Virus record (IMG/VR): IMGVR_UViG_3300023179_000140 | Coordinates: 1-54,081 of that record | Source of the DNA: a virus | Taxonomy: Duplodnaviria > Caudoviricetes | Strand: one strand, 5' to 3' | DNA length: 54,081 bases | Part shown: piece by piece, positions 1 to 8,929 of the stretch | Numbering within the stretch: position 1 is the first letter of the stretch | Layout of the letters: the number at the start of each line of letters is the position of its first letter | The notes under the pieces: model-generated | Database searches by the model: none | Told to the model about the DNA's origin: nothing | What the model saw: the letters and a program-made list of their open reading frames with translations, nothing else | Translations under genes and position numbers: made by a program

Positions 1-1
1 T

Positions 2-202
2 CTAAAAGCGCAGGAGTTAAGCGAGTTGTACGAAGCGCAACTCTCAGCTCTCCCGCCCGAGCCCGACTACCGGGCGCTGCTGGTGGAGGCGGCGGAGGAG
101 ATTCAAGCGTTGGCCAAAGAAGGCCTAACGATTGATGCCGAGTTAAAGCACGATTTACGGACGCTTGCCGCCCGCATCCGCGCCGTATTGGAGGATAAAT
201 GA
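2..202 (+). CDS. hypothetical protein, 5'-truncated (…LKAQELSELYEAQ…ARIRAVLEDK*)
   Basis: Open frame 2 from the window edge to TGA at 200-202; ATGA overlap with the next ORF. Confidence 0.6.
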   Translation, partial: LKAQELSELYEAQLSALPPEPDYRALLVEAAEEIQALAKEGLTIDAELKHDLRTLAARIRAVLEDK

Positions 203-471
203 ACGGCATCACAATTACAAAACAAAGCGGCGACTATCACGCCTGCATCACAGGCATGCCAAGTATGTGGGGGTGCGGAATCACTCCAGATGAGGCAATC
301 ATTTCGCTGGTAGCCGCTGTCAACGAGCAGGCCGAGGCATTTAAGGCGCTGCTGGTGGAGTGCGAAACCGAGTTTGTCGGCATGGTGAACGATGGTTTTG
401 AAGACCCAAAACAAGAAGTCGCAGTACGTGGCCTAATCGCCCGCATTCGAGAGGCGCTGAAGGGGAAATGA
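199..471 (+). CDS. hypothetical phage protein
   Basis: GGAGG RBS; ATGA overlaps at both ends. Confidence 0.7.
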   Translation: MNGITITKQSGDYHACITGMPSMWGCGITPDEAIISLVAAVNEQAEAFKALLVECETEFVGMVNDGFEDPKQEVAVRGLIARIREALKGK

Positions 472-752
472 CAACCGCTGATCAGTCTTTTCAAGAGTGC
501 TATGAATTGGTGCAGCATTACAAGCGCACGGTAGCCGCCATTGAAGCCGAACTCGCCGCCGCCAAGCGGGACGCGGCGCGGATGACGTACATCATCGAGC
601 GGTCAAACCTGGGCGATCGATGGCTGACTGATGACGTATGGGATCAAGCCGCCGCACTTTGCCCGGTTGATAAAGATGAAGCCGAAGATATCCAGAAGTG
701 GGTGCGGGCCGTAATTGACGCCGCGATGGGGGCTAAAGATGCGACAACGTAA
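468..752 (+). CDS. hypothetical phage protein (coiled coil, 'AKRDAAR…IDAAM' module)
   Basis: ATGA coupling; sequence typical of phage accessory ORFs. Confidence 0.7.
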   Translation: MTTADQSFQECYELVQHYKRTVAAIEAELAAAKRDAARMTYIIERSNLGDRWLTDDVWDQAAALCPVDKDEAEDIQKWVRAVIDAAMGAKDATT

Positions 753-1239
753 CCCAAACTGCCGCGTCTGCAAGCTGGGCGGGTACCTCGTCCACGGCGC
801 ACACCCGGAGTGCAAGCGGGCGGTTGACCGGGAGCACAAGCGAAAGCTAAATGGTACCGTGGTCTACACCAAGTGCCGGGAGTGCGGCACCGGCGGCGAA
901 CTCAACCGCGCGGGCCGTCACAAGGATTGCCAGGAGATCGTGCGCAAGCGGCTCCACGCGGCGAACCTGAAGCGGCACCGGGCCAAGGCGAAGGCTGAAG
1001 GTCGAGCACGACCGACGCCGAAGCCTGCCAAGAAAGCGGCGGCGCTGGAGCCACGGAAGCCGCTGATCGCGCCTAAGCGGGCGGTGGAGAAGGAATGCGT
1101 GCTGCTGGACACTCGGCCAACTTACGGGCCGTATGAGGTGCCGCGAGTGCTGCCGCAAGGCTTGCGCGATTACTTTGGAGTGCATGGGCCAATACGTAGT
1201 GCTACAGATGACTGGGCCGCACGCGGGGCCGGAGTATGA
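739..1239 (+). CDS. basic protein with two CxxC…H…C putative Zn-binding modules
   Basis: CRVC…HPEC and CREC…HKDC; K/R-rich linker; start set at ATG 739. Confidence 0.6.
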   Translation: MRQRNPNCRVCKLGGYLVHGAHPECKRAVDREHKRKLNGTVVYTKCRECGTGGELNRAGRHKDCQEIVRKRLHAANLKRHRAKAKAEGRARPTPKPAKKAAALEPRKPLIAPKRAVEKECVLLDTRPTYGPYEVPRVLPQGLRDYFGVHGPIRSATDDWAARGAGV

Positions 1240-1337
1240 CTTGGGCAGAGGCGGTGCGGGATATAGTGTTCACGGTTGCTATGGCGATCATTGCCATGAC
1301 ATTTTACACAGGAGAATACCCATGGAAAAGAAAATGA
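1236..1337 (+). CDS. 33-aa single-TM peptide (MTWAEAVRDIVFTVAMAIIAMTFYTGEYPWKRK)
   Basis: Not in the ORF track; ATGA overlap with the upstream stop; one hydrophobic helix. Confidence 0.5.
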   Translation: MTWAEAVRDIVFTVAMAIIAMTFYTGEYPWKRK

Positions 1338-1765
1338 CGCCCGCTGAACTCCGCGCCCTGCACGCGAAAAGCACGCCGGGGGAGTGGGAAGCGCGCAAGG
1401 GATACAATGGTGCGGCGCTGTGTCTTTACCTGCACCGTGGGCCAGATAGCGATGGTGACAGGCTGATGGGAGACGGCAACGACGTTGAGTTCATCGCCGC
1501 CGCACACAACAACCTCCCCGCCATCCTGGACCGGCTAGAGCGGGAGCGGGATGCAATGGCGCATGCTTTGGACGTTAGCGGGTTTGACCTTGGCAACGCT
1601 GAAGCTTGGCTAACCGCCCGCGACGCCCGCATGAAGGCGCTGGGCGCGGCGGAGTTAATGGAGAGTATCCATCGAGATTGTGAGCCGGGAGGACTGCTTA
1701 CATTTGTCGAGCCAGTAGTAAAGGCGTGGGGGGCGCGGCTGCGGCGGAAAGCGGGAGGTAAGTGA
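1322..1765 (+). CDS. Ead/Ea22-like protein
   Basis: ELRALHAKSTPGEW…FIAAAHNNLPAILDRLE signature; AGGAG upstream of ATG 1322. Confidence 0.65.
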   Translation: MEKKMTPAELRALHAKSTPGEWEARKGYNGAALCLYLHRGPDSDGDRLMGDGNDVEFIAAAHNNLPAILDRLERERDAMAHALDVSGFDLGNAEAWLTARDARMKALGAAELMESIHRDCEPGGLLTFVEPVVKAWGARLRRKAGGK

Positions 1766-2433
1766 TGTTATCACCAAATCATAAAACCAAGTATTACAAA
1801 GGCGATCACGGCAGAAATGACTGTAATTGCGACGCCCTCCGCGCCGAAGTGACCCGTCTCCGCGCGGAAATGGCGGCGGCGCTGTGCGCATCAGGCTCAA
1901 ATCATAAAGCATGGCTAGAGGCTGTATGCGATGCGGCAGAAAAACGAACACATTTAGAAATAGAGATCGGCCTTACCGAGCAACAGCGCGATGCAGCCAT
2001 CGCCCGCGCCGAATCAGCCGAGGCCGAGTTGTGTGATGTGGTTCGCGATTGCGGTGGTAATGCGGCAAACGTCGATAACAAACGCCAGTGGGTCGCGTTG
2101 CACTTCCAGTCTCACAAGGCTCGCGCCGAAGCAGCCGAGAAGGACGCGGACATATGCCGAGCCAGCCGCGCTGAGATCATGGCCCACGCCGAGCGGCTGC
2201 GGGCGGCGCTGTTCGACATCCGACAACACGTTGCGCCATCGGGCATCGACCGGGACGATGCGGCGGTCGATGCGATCTGTATTGCCGCCATCGCCGCAAA
2301 CCCCGCGCAATCGCTGGCGAAGCTAAAGGCGCAAGTGCTCGACGCGGTGGCATTAGTGACGCTCGCGGATTATCCCGAGGCGGCGGCAAAGGTGCGGGCT
2401 GAGGCTGAACGGATGGCAAGTGAGGCGGAATGA
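1762..2433 (+). CDS. coiled-coil hypothetical phage protein
   Basis: RAESAE/RAEAAE repeats; overlap coupling. Confidence 0.65.
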   Translation: MMLSPNHKTKYYKGDHGRNDCNCDALRAEVTRLRAEMAAALCASGSNHKAWLEAVCDAAEKRTHLEIEIGLTEQQRDAAIARAESAEAELCDVVRDCGGNAANVDNKRQWVALHFQSHKARAEAAEKDADICRASRAEIMAHAERLRAALFDIRQHVAPSGIDRDDAAVDAICIAAIAANPAQSLAKLKAQVLDAVALVTLADYPEAAAKVRAEAERMASEAE

Positions 2434-2651
2434 AGGCGGCCGATGTTTGCCGCGAAAACGGCTGGGTCGTAGGCGACCGGCTGGTAGGCACCGAGGAGAA
2501 AGGCTGCTTGGCAGAGGATACATCAATCATTGAAATCACTGCGATTGGTCGATCTAATGTGCTGGCGGTGAGGGTAGCCAGTCAACGGTATCGGGTGACC
2601 GGCGCGGAGCTGGTTTGGAGTTTGGATCATCGAGATTGGAGGAAGGTATGA
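2430..2651 (+). CDS. hypothetical phage protein (CRENGWVVGDRLVG type)
   Basis: ATGA coupling on both sides. Confidence 0.7.
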   Translation: MKAADVCRENGWVVGDRLVGTEEKGCLAEDTSIIEITAIGRSNVLAVRVASQRYRVTGAELVWSLDHRDWRKV

Positions 2652-3040
2652 CAAACGAGCAAATGGACCGGCTGGCGGCGATCGAGATTATGAAATGGGA
2701 GTTACTCCCCGGACACCGCGAACTGTTGAGCGTGGACGTGTATCTCTCAACAAACGAGAGCCACACGCCGAACGATGAGCCGCTGGAGGCAAGTGTTTGG
2801 TCCCCCACCACCAACGAAGCTCACGCGGCGCTCGTCCGCGAGAAGATGCGGGCGGATGGGTGGGCACTGGTAATTGAGGCAGATCATTTTGGCTTGTATC
2901 GAGTCGAGTGGAGCCGGTTTGAAGCCGACAATTTATTTGCTTCGCGATTTACGCGGTGGTGGGATACTCTGCCGCTTGCACTAACAACAGCAGCTCTGCT
3001 GGCCGTGGGCGCGTGCAAGGAGGAGGAGATCAATGGATAA
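2648..3040 (+). CDS. phage ABA-sandwich/BC1872-like protein
   Basis: DRLAAIEIMKW…WSPTTNEAHA…LPLALTTAAL pattern. Confidence 0.55.
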   Translation: MTNEQMDRLAAIEIMKWELLPGHRELLSVDVYLSTNESHTPNDEPLEASVWSPTTNEAHAALVREKMRADGWALVIEADHFGLYRVEWSRFEADNLFASRFTRWWDTLPLALTTAALLAVGACKEEEING

Positions 3041-3290
3041 GCCATGCGCCACATGCGGTAAGCCATCTTGCTTATTATGCGACGGGAAAGTATACAAGCT
3101 GTTGAACGGAGAACTCCATCGCTTTGGTCGATCAATGGGCAGTAACATCCCTCGCGCTGCTACTACATGCGATGCTCCGATGTGTTTTGAGCATCGCCAC
3201 AAAATATCAGATGTCCACATGCGCACTGACAAGGGTTGTCGGTGGAACACCATTGACCTTTGCCCGCTTTGCAATCAGGAGACGAAATGA
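3033..3290 (+). CDS. Cys-rich putative Zn-finger protein
   Basis: CATC…LLCD…TCDAPMC…H…DLCPLC; GGAGGAG RBS. Confidence 0.65.
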   Translation: MDKPCATCGKPSCLLCDGKVYKLLNGELHRFGRSMGSNIPRAATTCDAPMCFEHRHKISDVHMRTDKGCRWNTIDLCPLCNQETK

Positions 3291-3487
3291 AGACGAATTA
3301 TGCGGCTATGGCCTATCTTTCTTATCGGCAGTACACCGGAGGAGTATCACTAGCAACCGGTCAAGCGCTGCCGGAATGGCACGAACTCCGTGAGGATATT
3401 CAGAACGCTTGGCACGCAGCGGCGGCTGCGGTTGAAACACACGTGCTGTTAGACCTGGAACGGACTCGAATAGCGAGGATGGTATGA
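3287..3487 (+). CDS. hypothetical phage protein
   Basis: AGGAG RBS; ATGA coupling. Confidence 0.65.
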   Translation: MKTNYAAMAYLSYRQYTGGVSLATGQALPEWHELREDIQNAWHAAAAAVETHVLLDLERTRIARMV

Positions 3488-3768
3488 GCGCAAATAACCC
3501 CACACCCGCCGACCTCGCCGCGCTGGCGGGAAGGCTGGAGGAAGACGCGGCGATTTACTACGGCAGCAAGCACCCGCAAATGGCCGCCGACCTGCGCATG
3601 GCAGCGCGGTGCGTGCGGGCCTGGGCGAAACTGGACAACATGATCGAAGAAAGCGACACATTTTTGCAGTTTCGGTCACTCGGCGCAAGCAAGCAGGTGT
3701 GGGTGCCATGCCAATCATGCGGTACTGGACCCACCGCCCTCGCAGCCGTCGAAGAGGTGAAGCCATGA
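3484..3768 (+). CDS. hypothetical phage protein
   Basis: ATGA coupling. Confidence 0.6.
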   Translation: MSANNPTPADLAALAGRLEEDAAIYYGSKHPQMAADLRMAARCVRAWAKLDNMIEESDTFLQFRSLGASKQVWVPCQSCGTGPTALAAVEEVKP

Positions 3769-3932
3769 CCCAAAAGCAAAAGCTGGCCATTTTGGACATT
3801 TGCCTAAACCTGCTACAAAGCGGGCTGGCGTTCGGATTTCAAAAAGAACGCAAAGAGCCGGAGTACTCCGCTACGCGCGGGCTGGCTGAGATTGTAAAGA
3901 TAGTGGAGGGAGAAGATGGCAAATCAGACTGA
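3765..3932 (+). CDS. hypothetical protein (MTQKQKLAIL…)
   Basis: GAGGTG RBS; ATGA coupling; start later than in the ORF track. Confidence 0.55.
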   Translation: MTQKQKLAILDICLNLLQSGLAFGFQKERKEPEYSATRGLAEIVKIVEGEDGKSD

Positions 3933-4275
3933 GCGCCTCATCAACTGCACCGCCCGCGAAATCCGCGCCTACCAGGCCGGGGGGCGGGTGCTGAGAAGGC
4001 GGGTGAAGCAGCAACCACAGCCAAATAAAGGCAAGGGGCTTGCTCCTGTACGGCCCTACCTCACATCAATGGCGAAGTGGACGTGGGTACTGGCTGCTAC
4101 CGGAATGGGCGATGGGACGACTGGGTTTTACTCCCCCTTCGGCTCCCCCGGCGATCGGCTAGTGTTAGTCCCGCGCGGGTGCCGAGGCCAGTATTGTTAC
4201 GAGGCCACCGTCCGCGCCGTCCGAGTTGAGCAGAGCGACGGCGTGTGGTGGTGGGTAGCGGAGGTGGAGGGATGA
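3916..4275 (+). CDS. ASCH/PUA-like phage protein, shortened
   Basis: IRAYQAGGRVLRRRVKQQP…SPFGSPGDRL resembles the 'RAILDGRKTQTRR…KPQP…PYGQPGDRL' family. Confidence 0.5.
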   Translation: MANQTERLINCTAREIRAYQAGGRVLRRRVKQQPQPNKGKGLAPVRPYLTSMAKWTWVLAATGMGDGTTGFYSPFGSPGDRLVLVPRGCRGQYCYEATVRAVRVEQSDGVWWWVAEVEG

Positions 4276-5165
4276 AGGCACCGTTTCCATGGGCCGGCGG
4301 AAAATCACGGGTGGCCGCTGAAGTTTGGGACCGCTTCGGCGACGTGGCGAATTACGTGGAACCGTTTTTTGGTTCCGGCGCGGTGCTACTGAACCGTCCA
4401 ACCTCACCCGGCACAGAGACTATAAATGATCTCGATTGCATGGTGGCCAACTTCTGGCGGGCGCTTCAGCATGATCCTGATTCGGTAGCCTTCCACGCGG
4501 AGAATCCAGTCAACGAAGCAGACCAACACGCGCGGCACCTGTGGCTTTGTTCACAGGCCGAATTCCGCGAAAAGATGAAGGTAGACCCGGATTATCACGA
4601 TGTCAAGATCGCAGGATGGTGGGTATGGGGCCAATGTATTTGGATTGGTTCGGGGTGGTGTGCGGTGCAGCTTCCCCACCTTGGGGACGCGGGGAAGGGG
4701 GTACATCGTAAGCGTCCCCACCTTGGGAACGCGGAAGAACCGATCTACGCTTACATGCGTGAGCTTGCGGCGCGGCTGCGGCGCGTGCGTGTCTGCTGTG
4801 GCGATTGGAGCCGAGTTCTCGGGCCTTCTGTTACCTTCAAACACGGAATTACCGGAGTGTTCCTAGATCCGCCATACGCGGACACAGCAGGCCGGACGGC
4901 TGATCTGTACGCCTCGGACAGCTTAACCGTTGCGCACAACGTCCGAGAATGGGCCATTGCCAACGGCGATAACCGAGACCTGCGCATTGCGCTCTGCGGC
5001 TACGAAGGCGAGCACCAGATGCCGGATTCGTGGGCGTGCCTAGCATGGAAGGCGGCTGGCGGGTACGGCAACCAAGGCGCGGAAAACAAGAATGCGGCAC
5101 GTGAGCGCATTTGGTTTAGTCCGGCGTGTTTGAAACCGCAGGGTACCTTGTGGAGTGCGCAATGA
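4272..5165 (+). CDS. DNA N6-adenine methyltransferase (D12/Dam class)
   Basis: PFPWAGGKS, YVEPFFGSGAV (SAM binding), INDLD, FLDPPY (catalytic). Confidence 0.92.
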   Translation: MKAPFPWAGGKSRVAAEVWDRFGDVANYVEPFFGSGAVLLNRPTSPGTETINDLDCMVANFWRALQHDPDSVAFHAENPVNEADQHARHLWLCSQAEFREKMKVDPDYHDVKIAGWWVWGQCIWIGSGWCAVQLPHLGDAGKGVHRKRPHLGNAEEPIYAYMRELAARLRRVRVCCGDWSRVLGPSVTFKHGITGVFLDPPYADTAGRTADLYASDSLTVAHNVREWAIANGDNRDLRIALCGYEGEHQMPDSWACLAWKAAGGYGNQGAENKNAARERIWFSPACLKPQGTLWSAQ

Positions 5166-5371
5166 AATGGGGCTGGCAGCAGATCGACGCGAACAACTAC
5201 CGCTACGACAAAACATGGTCCGTCCAGCGAGACTTGGCCAGCGGCAAGTGGTACGCGATGCGGGACGGGAAGTACTGCTTGGCGGATTTTTCGGACGCGG
5301 GCGGTGCTATGCACGAAGCGGATCTACTGAGGGAGGCGGACAAGCTGTATGCGAAAACCGATAGCGATTGA
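5162..5371 (+). CDS. hypothetical protein
   Basis: ATGA coupling to the adenine MTase. Confidence 0.6.
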   Translation: MKWGWQQIDANNYRYDKTWSVQRDLASGKWYAMRDGKYCLADFSDAGGAMHEADLLREADKLYAKTDSD

Positions 5372-6251
5372 CTTGTTTTGCGGCCTCGGTGGTTGGTCTG
5401 AAGGCTTACTATCTCAGGGGTACGACGTGACAGGCTACGACATTGAGGCGCATGAATACGGCGACCAAAAGTATCCCGCTACGCTAGTTCTACGGGACGT
5501 GTTGACAATCCACGGCAGCGAGTTCAAGGATGCCACCCTCATCGTGGCGTCCCCGCCTTGCCAAGAGTACAGCTACATGGCCATGCCATTTAAGCGAGGC
5601 AAACAAATCGCGGCGGCGCTTCGAGGGCAAGGTGAATTTCCAGAGGGTTATACCGGATCTCGCACGGTTGAGCAACTCAACGCACTGTTCAACGCCTGTT
5701 TCCGTATCCAACGGGAGACATCCGAAACGACTGGGCATTACGTACCCATGGTTGTTGAAAACGTGAAAGGGGCGCAGCCGTGGGTGGGGAATGCGAAAGC
5801 GAACTTCGGATCGTTCTACCTGTGGGGCGACGTGGATATGGTGGGGGACAGGATTTACGCCGGAAATCTGAAAATGGGGAGCGGGGTTAAGGCGGAGCGA
5901 CGGGGGCAGAAGATGAACCCAGACGGCACAGCACACGGGCATGGATCATGGTTTAAGGTGGCGGATTCGAAGAATCGCGGGGTTAAGGTACTCAACTCTA
6001 CTAAGAACACGGGCGGCAGTTGGTTTGCAATCGGATCTCCTGGGCAGACTGAGTTGAGCATGAATCCAGTCAACGGCACAAAAGGGAATGGCTCGTGGTT
6101 TGGTAGGTACACAGAAGCAAAGGCAGATGGCCGTGGAGTATCAAGTCGATACACGTCAAGCAAATCCCACGCCCGCAAAGCCGCATCCGCGCAGATCGCA
6201 AAGATACCTTTTGCGCTGTCCGAGTACATAGCAAAGGCGTACCTCCCATAA
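5349..6251 (+). CDS. DNA C5-cytosine methyltransferase-like protein
   Basis: DLFCGLGG (motif I), SPPCQ (motif IV), ENV (motif VI); C-terminal half atypical. Confidence 0.85.
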   Translation: MRKPIAIDLFCGLGGWSEGLLSQGYDVTGYDIEAHEYGDQKYPATLVLRDVLTIHGSEFKDATLIVASPPCQEYSYMAMPFKRGKQIAAALRGQGEFPEGYTGSRTVEQLNALFNACFRIQRETSETTGHYVPMVVENVKGAQPWVGNAKANFGSFYLWGDVDMVGDRIYAGNLKMGSGVKAERRGQKMNPDGTAHGHGSWFKVADSKNRGVKVLNSTKNTGGSWFAIGSPGQTELSMNPVNGTKGNGSWFGRYTEAKADGRGVSSRYTSSKSHARKAASAQIAKIPFALSEYIAKAYLP

Positions 6252-6281
6252 AACAAAGCCCCTAGGCTTGCGCCCAAGGGC
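6250..6281 (-). terminator. Rho-independent terminator ending the late operon
   Basis: Minus strand GCCCTTGGGC-GCAA-GCCTAGGGGC-TTTGTTTT: 10-bp stem with G-U pairs, GNRA loop, U tract; lies between convergent genes. Confidence 0.85.
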
Positions 6282-6307
6282 AAAAGGAAAGAGGAAGAGG
6301 TTCACCA

Positions 6308-8929
6308 CTATTGTACTGTAATCGGGAAGTTCTCTCCAGCCGCAACCACGACATCGCCGCTAGTCAGATACTCCACCCGCATCTGCGCCGCCGTTCCCTG
6401 GCGCGTGTCTAACCCGGTGACAGTACACGGCGACGACGTGCAGGTCGTTGCCGCCGTGGTGCCGTTGGGCAGTGTCACGGTGGCCCGCATCTTCGCAGCG
6501 CTGGGCGGTGCGCCGGTCAACGTGTAGCTCACGGAGACGGATGCTGATACCGGCGTGATGTTGGCGTTGGTTGAGCCAAGACGATGGACTAGGTATTGCC
6601 AATTTCGGCAAGACTGACCATAGAACTTTCCGTTGCTGGATGTGGATGTTAGCATCCCGTATTGGCCATCCGCCCCCGTCCCGATCCACTCACCCATCAT
6701 GGCGGACCAAAGATTGTCGCCGGCCGCCAGAATTGGAGCCGACGCGCCCAACAGATACGTCATGCCGTAGGCGTCAACCGCAAGGTCGTTTTGCTGCCTT
6801 TGCCCTTGAATGTCCGTGTCGGAGGAGCACCCGGTACCAGTGTCCCCATTGGCGTAGTAGTTCGAGTAGACCACACGGCGGGCTTGAAGGTTGCCGAACG
6901 ATCCGGTACAGGTGAAGGCTGGCGTGATGCGGGCGGCGTTGGTCAAAACGTAGTTGCCGTAGTCCTGGATAACGGAAGCTGTCAGCGTCGTCTCTATGGC
7001 GGCACGATAGATCCTGACCATCGCCTCCATGAAGATGCCAGAATGCCAAACGATGTCTCCGTAGCCGAACAGTGATGCGTCCCCGGACTCGTACCGATAC
7101 CCGCCGTTCAACACCGTTGATGCCACAGCCTTTGCGTAAAGCTCGCCGCTCGTTCCCGTGCCTACCATCGGCGTTGTCAGCGTGACTTGCGTGTTAGAGT
7201 CTACGGACTGGATGACGTATTGCTTGTTGCTGTCCGCGCCGTCGTAAAACGCGATGCTCTGCCCTGCCGTGAAAAACGATAGGAACCCCGTCCCGCTGCC
7301 GGTAATGATCGCCGATCCGTTGGACGCGCTGATCGTCCCGGCCCCGGTGGTGTAGGCGTTGGTGCATTCAAACCGCGTGGTTCCGGTGAGACACTGAAGG
7401 CCCCGCGCGTAGTTGGTCATTTCGGTGACCAGCCGCGCCGCGTACGCCGTCCTAGTGGCCGGTGTCGGGTGAGCAACGGCTATCCCAGTCGCAGCCATGA
7501 ACGCATAGCCGGACTCGCGGAGGCCGAAGTACGGCGACGTGTAGCCGTTGTCGGTGCCTCTTTGTTCAACGTAAAGATCGAAATAATAATTGGCGTAGGC
7601 GGTGTAGCAAGTCCACTTCAGGCCCCCTGCCAGTTCGCCTGTTTCGTACGCACGAATCATCAAGCCTTGGATGCTGGCGTTTCTCGGTGCGAGCCAATTC
7701 GACGCCCCGCATGTCCCCGCTGTTGCCTGTGCCGCCCAAATCTGCGAATACCATTTATCGGCACATGCCCGCGCCGCCGTCTGGAATCTTGTCAATCCGG
7801 TGCGGTAGTAGTTCTGGTACTGTGCAAGACACGAATCATAATAGTTCTGTGCCTCCGTCGATGTGAAGGCGTTTGTGTAGTTCACCGTATCCGCGATCCA
7901 ATAATCACCCATTGTGCGGCGGTTCCGTTCGGCCCACGCCCACTCTTGAACACCAGCCGCCAGCATGTCACCCAACATCAGACCGATGGTGGAATCCGGT
8001 ACAACGACAACGCCCGCCGCGTTCGTGGCCACACTGCCAATCGTCAAAGAGGTTACCCCCTTCACGCCGTTGATAGTGGCCTCACAAGTAAGCGAGTATT
8101 GCCCGAACCCAGCGTTCCAGGTGACGGTGGGTGCCGAGGCGGTCGCGCTTGAGAACGACACTGATAGCGGTGGTGCCCCCTGTTGCCTCCACTTGTAGCT
8201 GTCCGCGTTGGTCCCGGCGCATGTCGGCGTGAAAGTGCTATTGCTGCGCACTGTCAACTCCTCGCCTACTATCGGGACGACTGGCGTTGATGGGTAGGTC
8301 GGCGATCCAGTCATAGTCAGATTCAGCCCGGTGGGGCTGCTGTCCGTGCCGCCGCCTTCGAACTCGTAATCCAAAAGGTTGCCGCCCGTGATGTTGGTAG
8401 GCATGGCACTATCCCGCGCTACCGTAGTTGAATACACCCGCAGCCACGCAAGGCCCGCAGGGACGCCGGTGCTGCCTCCGCTGCCATTGTGGAGCACGTC
8501 GAGTGGCGTGTTATTGAGGCTGATATTTGAAACGGTCGCCGCGACGAACTGTCCTCCGTTGTACGTTGCCCCGGTCGCCGCCCAGCTTTCGATGGTCCAC
8601 ATGGTTGTATTCCATTGAACTCTGACGATGACATCGCTTTGCGAGGCTGGGATAGTTGTGGAAATGGCCGGGGAGCCGCTGTCATAGAAGCTGGTGCAGG
8701 TAATGTTGCCAGCATTTTTACTGCACAGTAATGACCCGGCGTCCAGAATACGCCCCGTGCTGGTCCAATCGTGCAGGCGGAACTCGATTCGCACCTGCGT
8801 CATGTTCGTCCATGGCGTGGTGTTGGGGAGCGTGGCGGTGCCGTACTTGCCGCTGGCCCCTTGCAGGGAACGGTACGGGGCCTGAGCGAATAGGCAGGAC
8901 GACGCGATCATGAATAGGGCAAGTCTCAT
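6308..8929 (-). CDS. signal-peptide-bearing multidomain protein (LamG-like, Ig/PKD-like, helical enzyme-like core, beta-barrel insert); putative receptor-binding or glycan-active protein
   Basis: MRLALFMIASSCLFA|Q N-terminus; 'GLAWLRVY…LLDYEFE' LamG-like ending; 'SYKWRQQ…GQYSLT' PKD-like segment; Tyr/Trp-rich helical core. Confidence 0.6.
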   Translation of the reverse strand: MRLALFMIASSCLFAQAPYRSLQGASGKYGTATLPNTTPWTNMTQVRIEFRLHDWTSTGRILDAGSLLCSKNAGNITCTSFYDSGSPAISTTIPASQSDVIVRVQWNTTMWTIESWAATGATYNGGQFVAATVSNISLNNTPLDVLHNGSGGSTGVPAGLAWLRVYSTTVARDSAMPTNITGGNLLDYEFEGGGTDSSPTGLNLTMTGSPTYPSTPVVPIVGEELTVRSNSTFTPTCAGTNADSYKWRQQGAPPLSVSFSSATASAPTVTWNAGFGQYSLTCEATINGVKGVTSLTIGSVATNAAGVVVVPDSTIGLMLGDMLAAGVQEWAWAERNRRTMGDYWIADTVNYTNAFTSTEAQNYYDSCLAQYQNYYRTGLTRFQTAARACADKWYSQIWAAQATAGTCGASNWLAPRNASIQGLMIRAYETGELAGGLKWTCYTAYANYYFDLYVEQRGTDNGYTSPYFGLRESGYAFMAATGIAVAHPTPATRTAYAARLVTEMTNYARGLQCLTGTTRFECTNAYTTGAGTISASNGSAIITGSGTGFLSFFTAGQSIAFYDGADSNKQYVIQSVDSNTQVTLTTPMVGTGTSGELYAKAVASTVLNGGYRYESGDASLFGYGDIVWHSGIFMEAMVRIYRAAIETTLTASVIQDYGNYVLTNAARITPAFTCTGSFGNLQARRVVYSNYYANGDTGTGCSSDTDIQGQRQQNDLAVDAYGMTYLLGASAPILAAGDNLWSAMMGEWIGTGADGQYGMLTSTSSNGKFYGQSCRNWQYLVHRLGSTNANITPVSASVSVSYTLTGAPPSAAKMRATVTLPNGTTAATTCTSSPCTVTGLDTRQGTAAQMRVEYLTSGDVVVAAGENFPITVQ

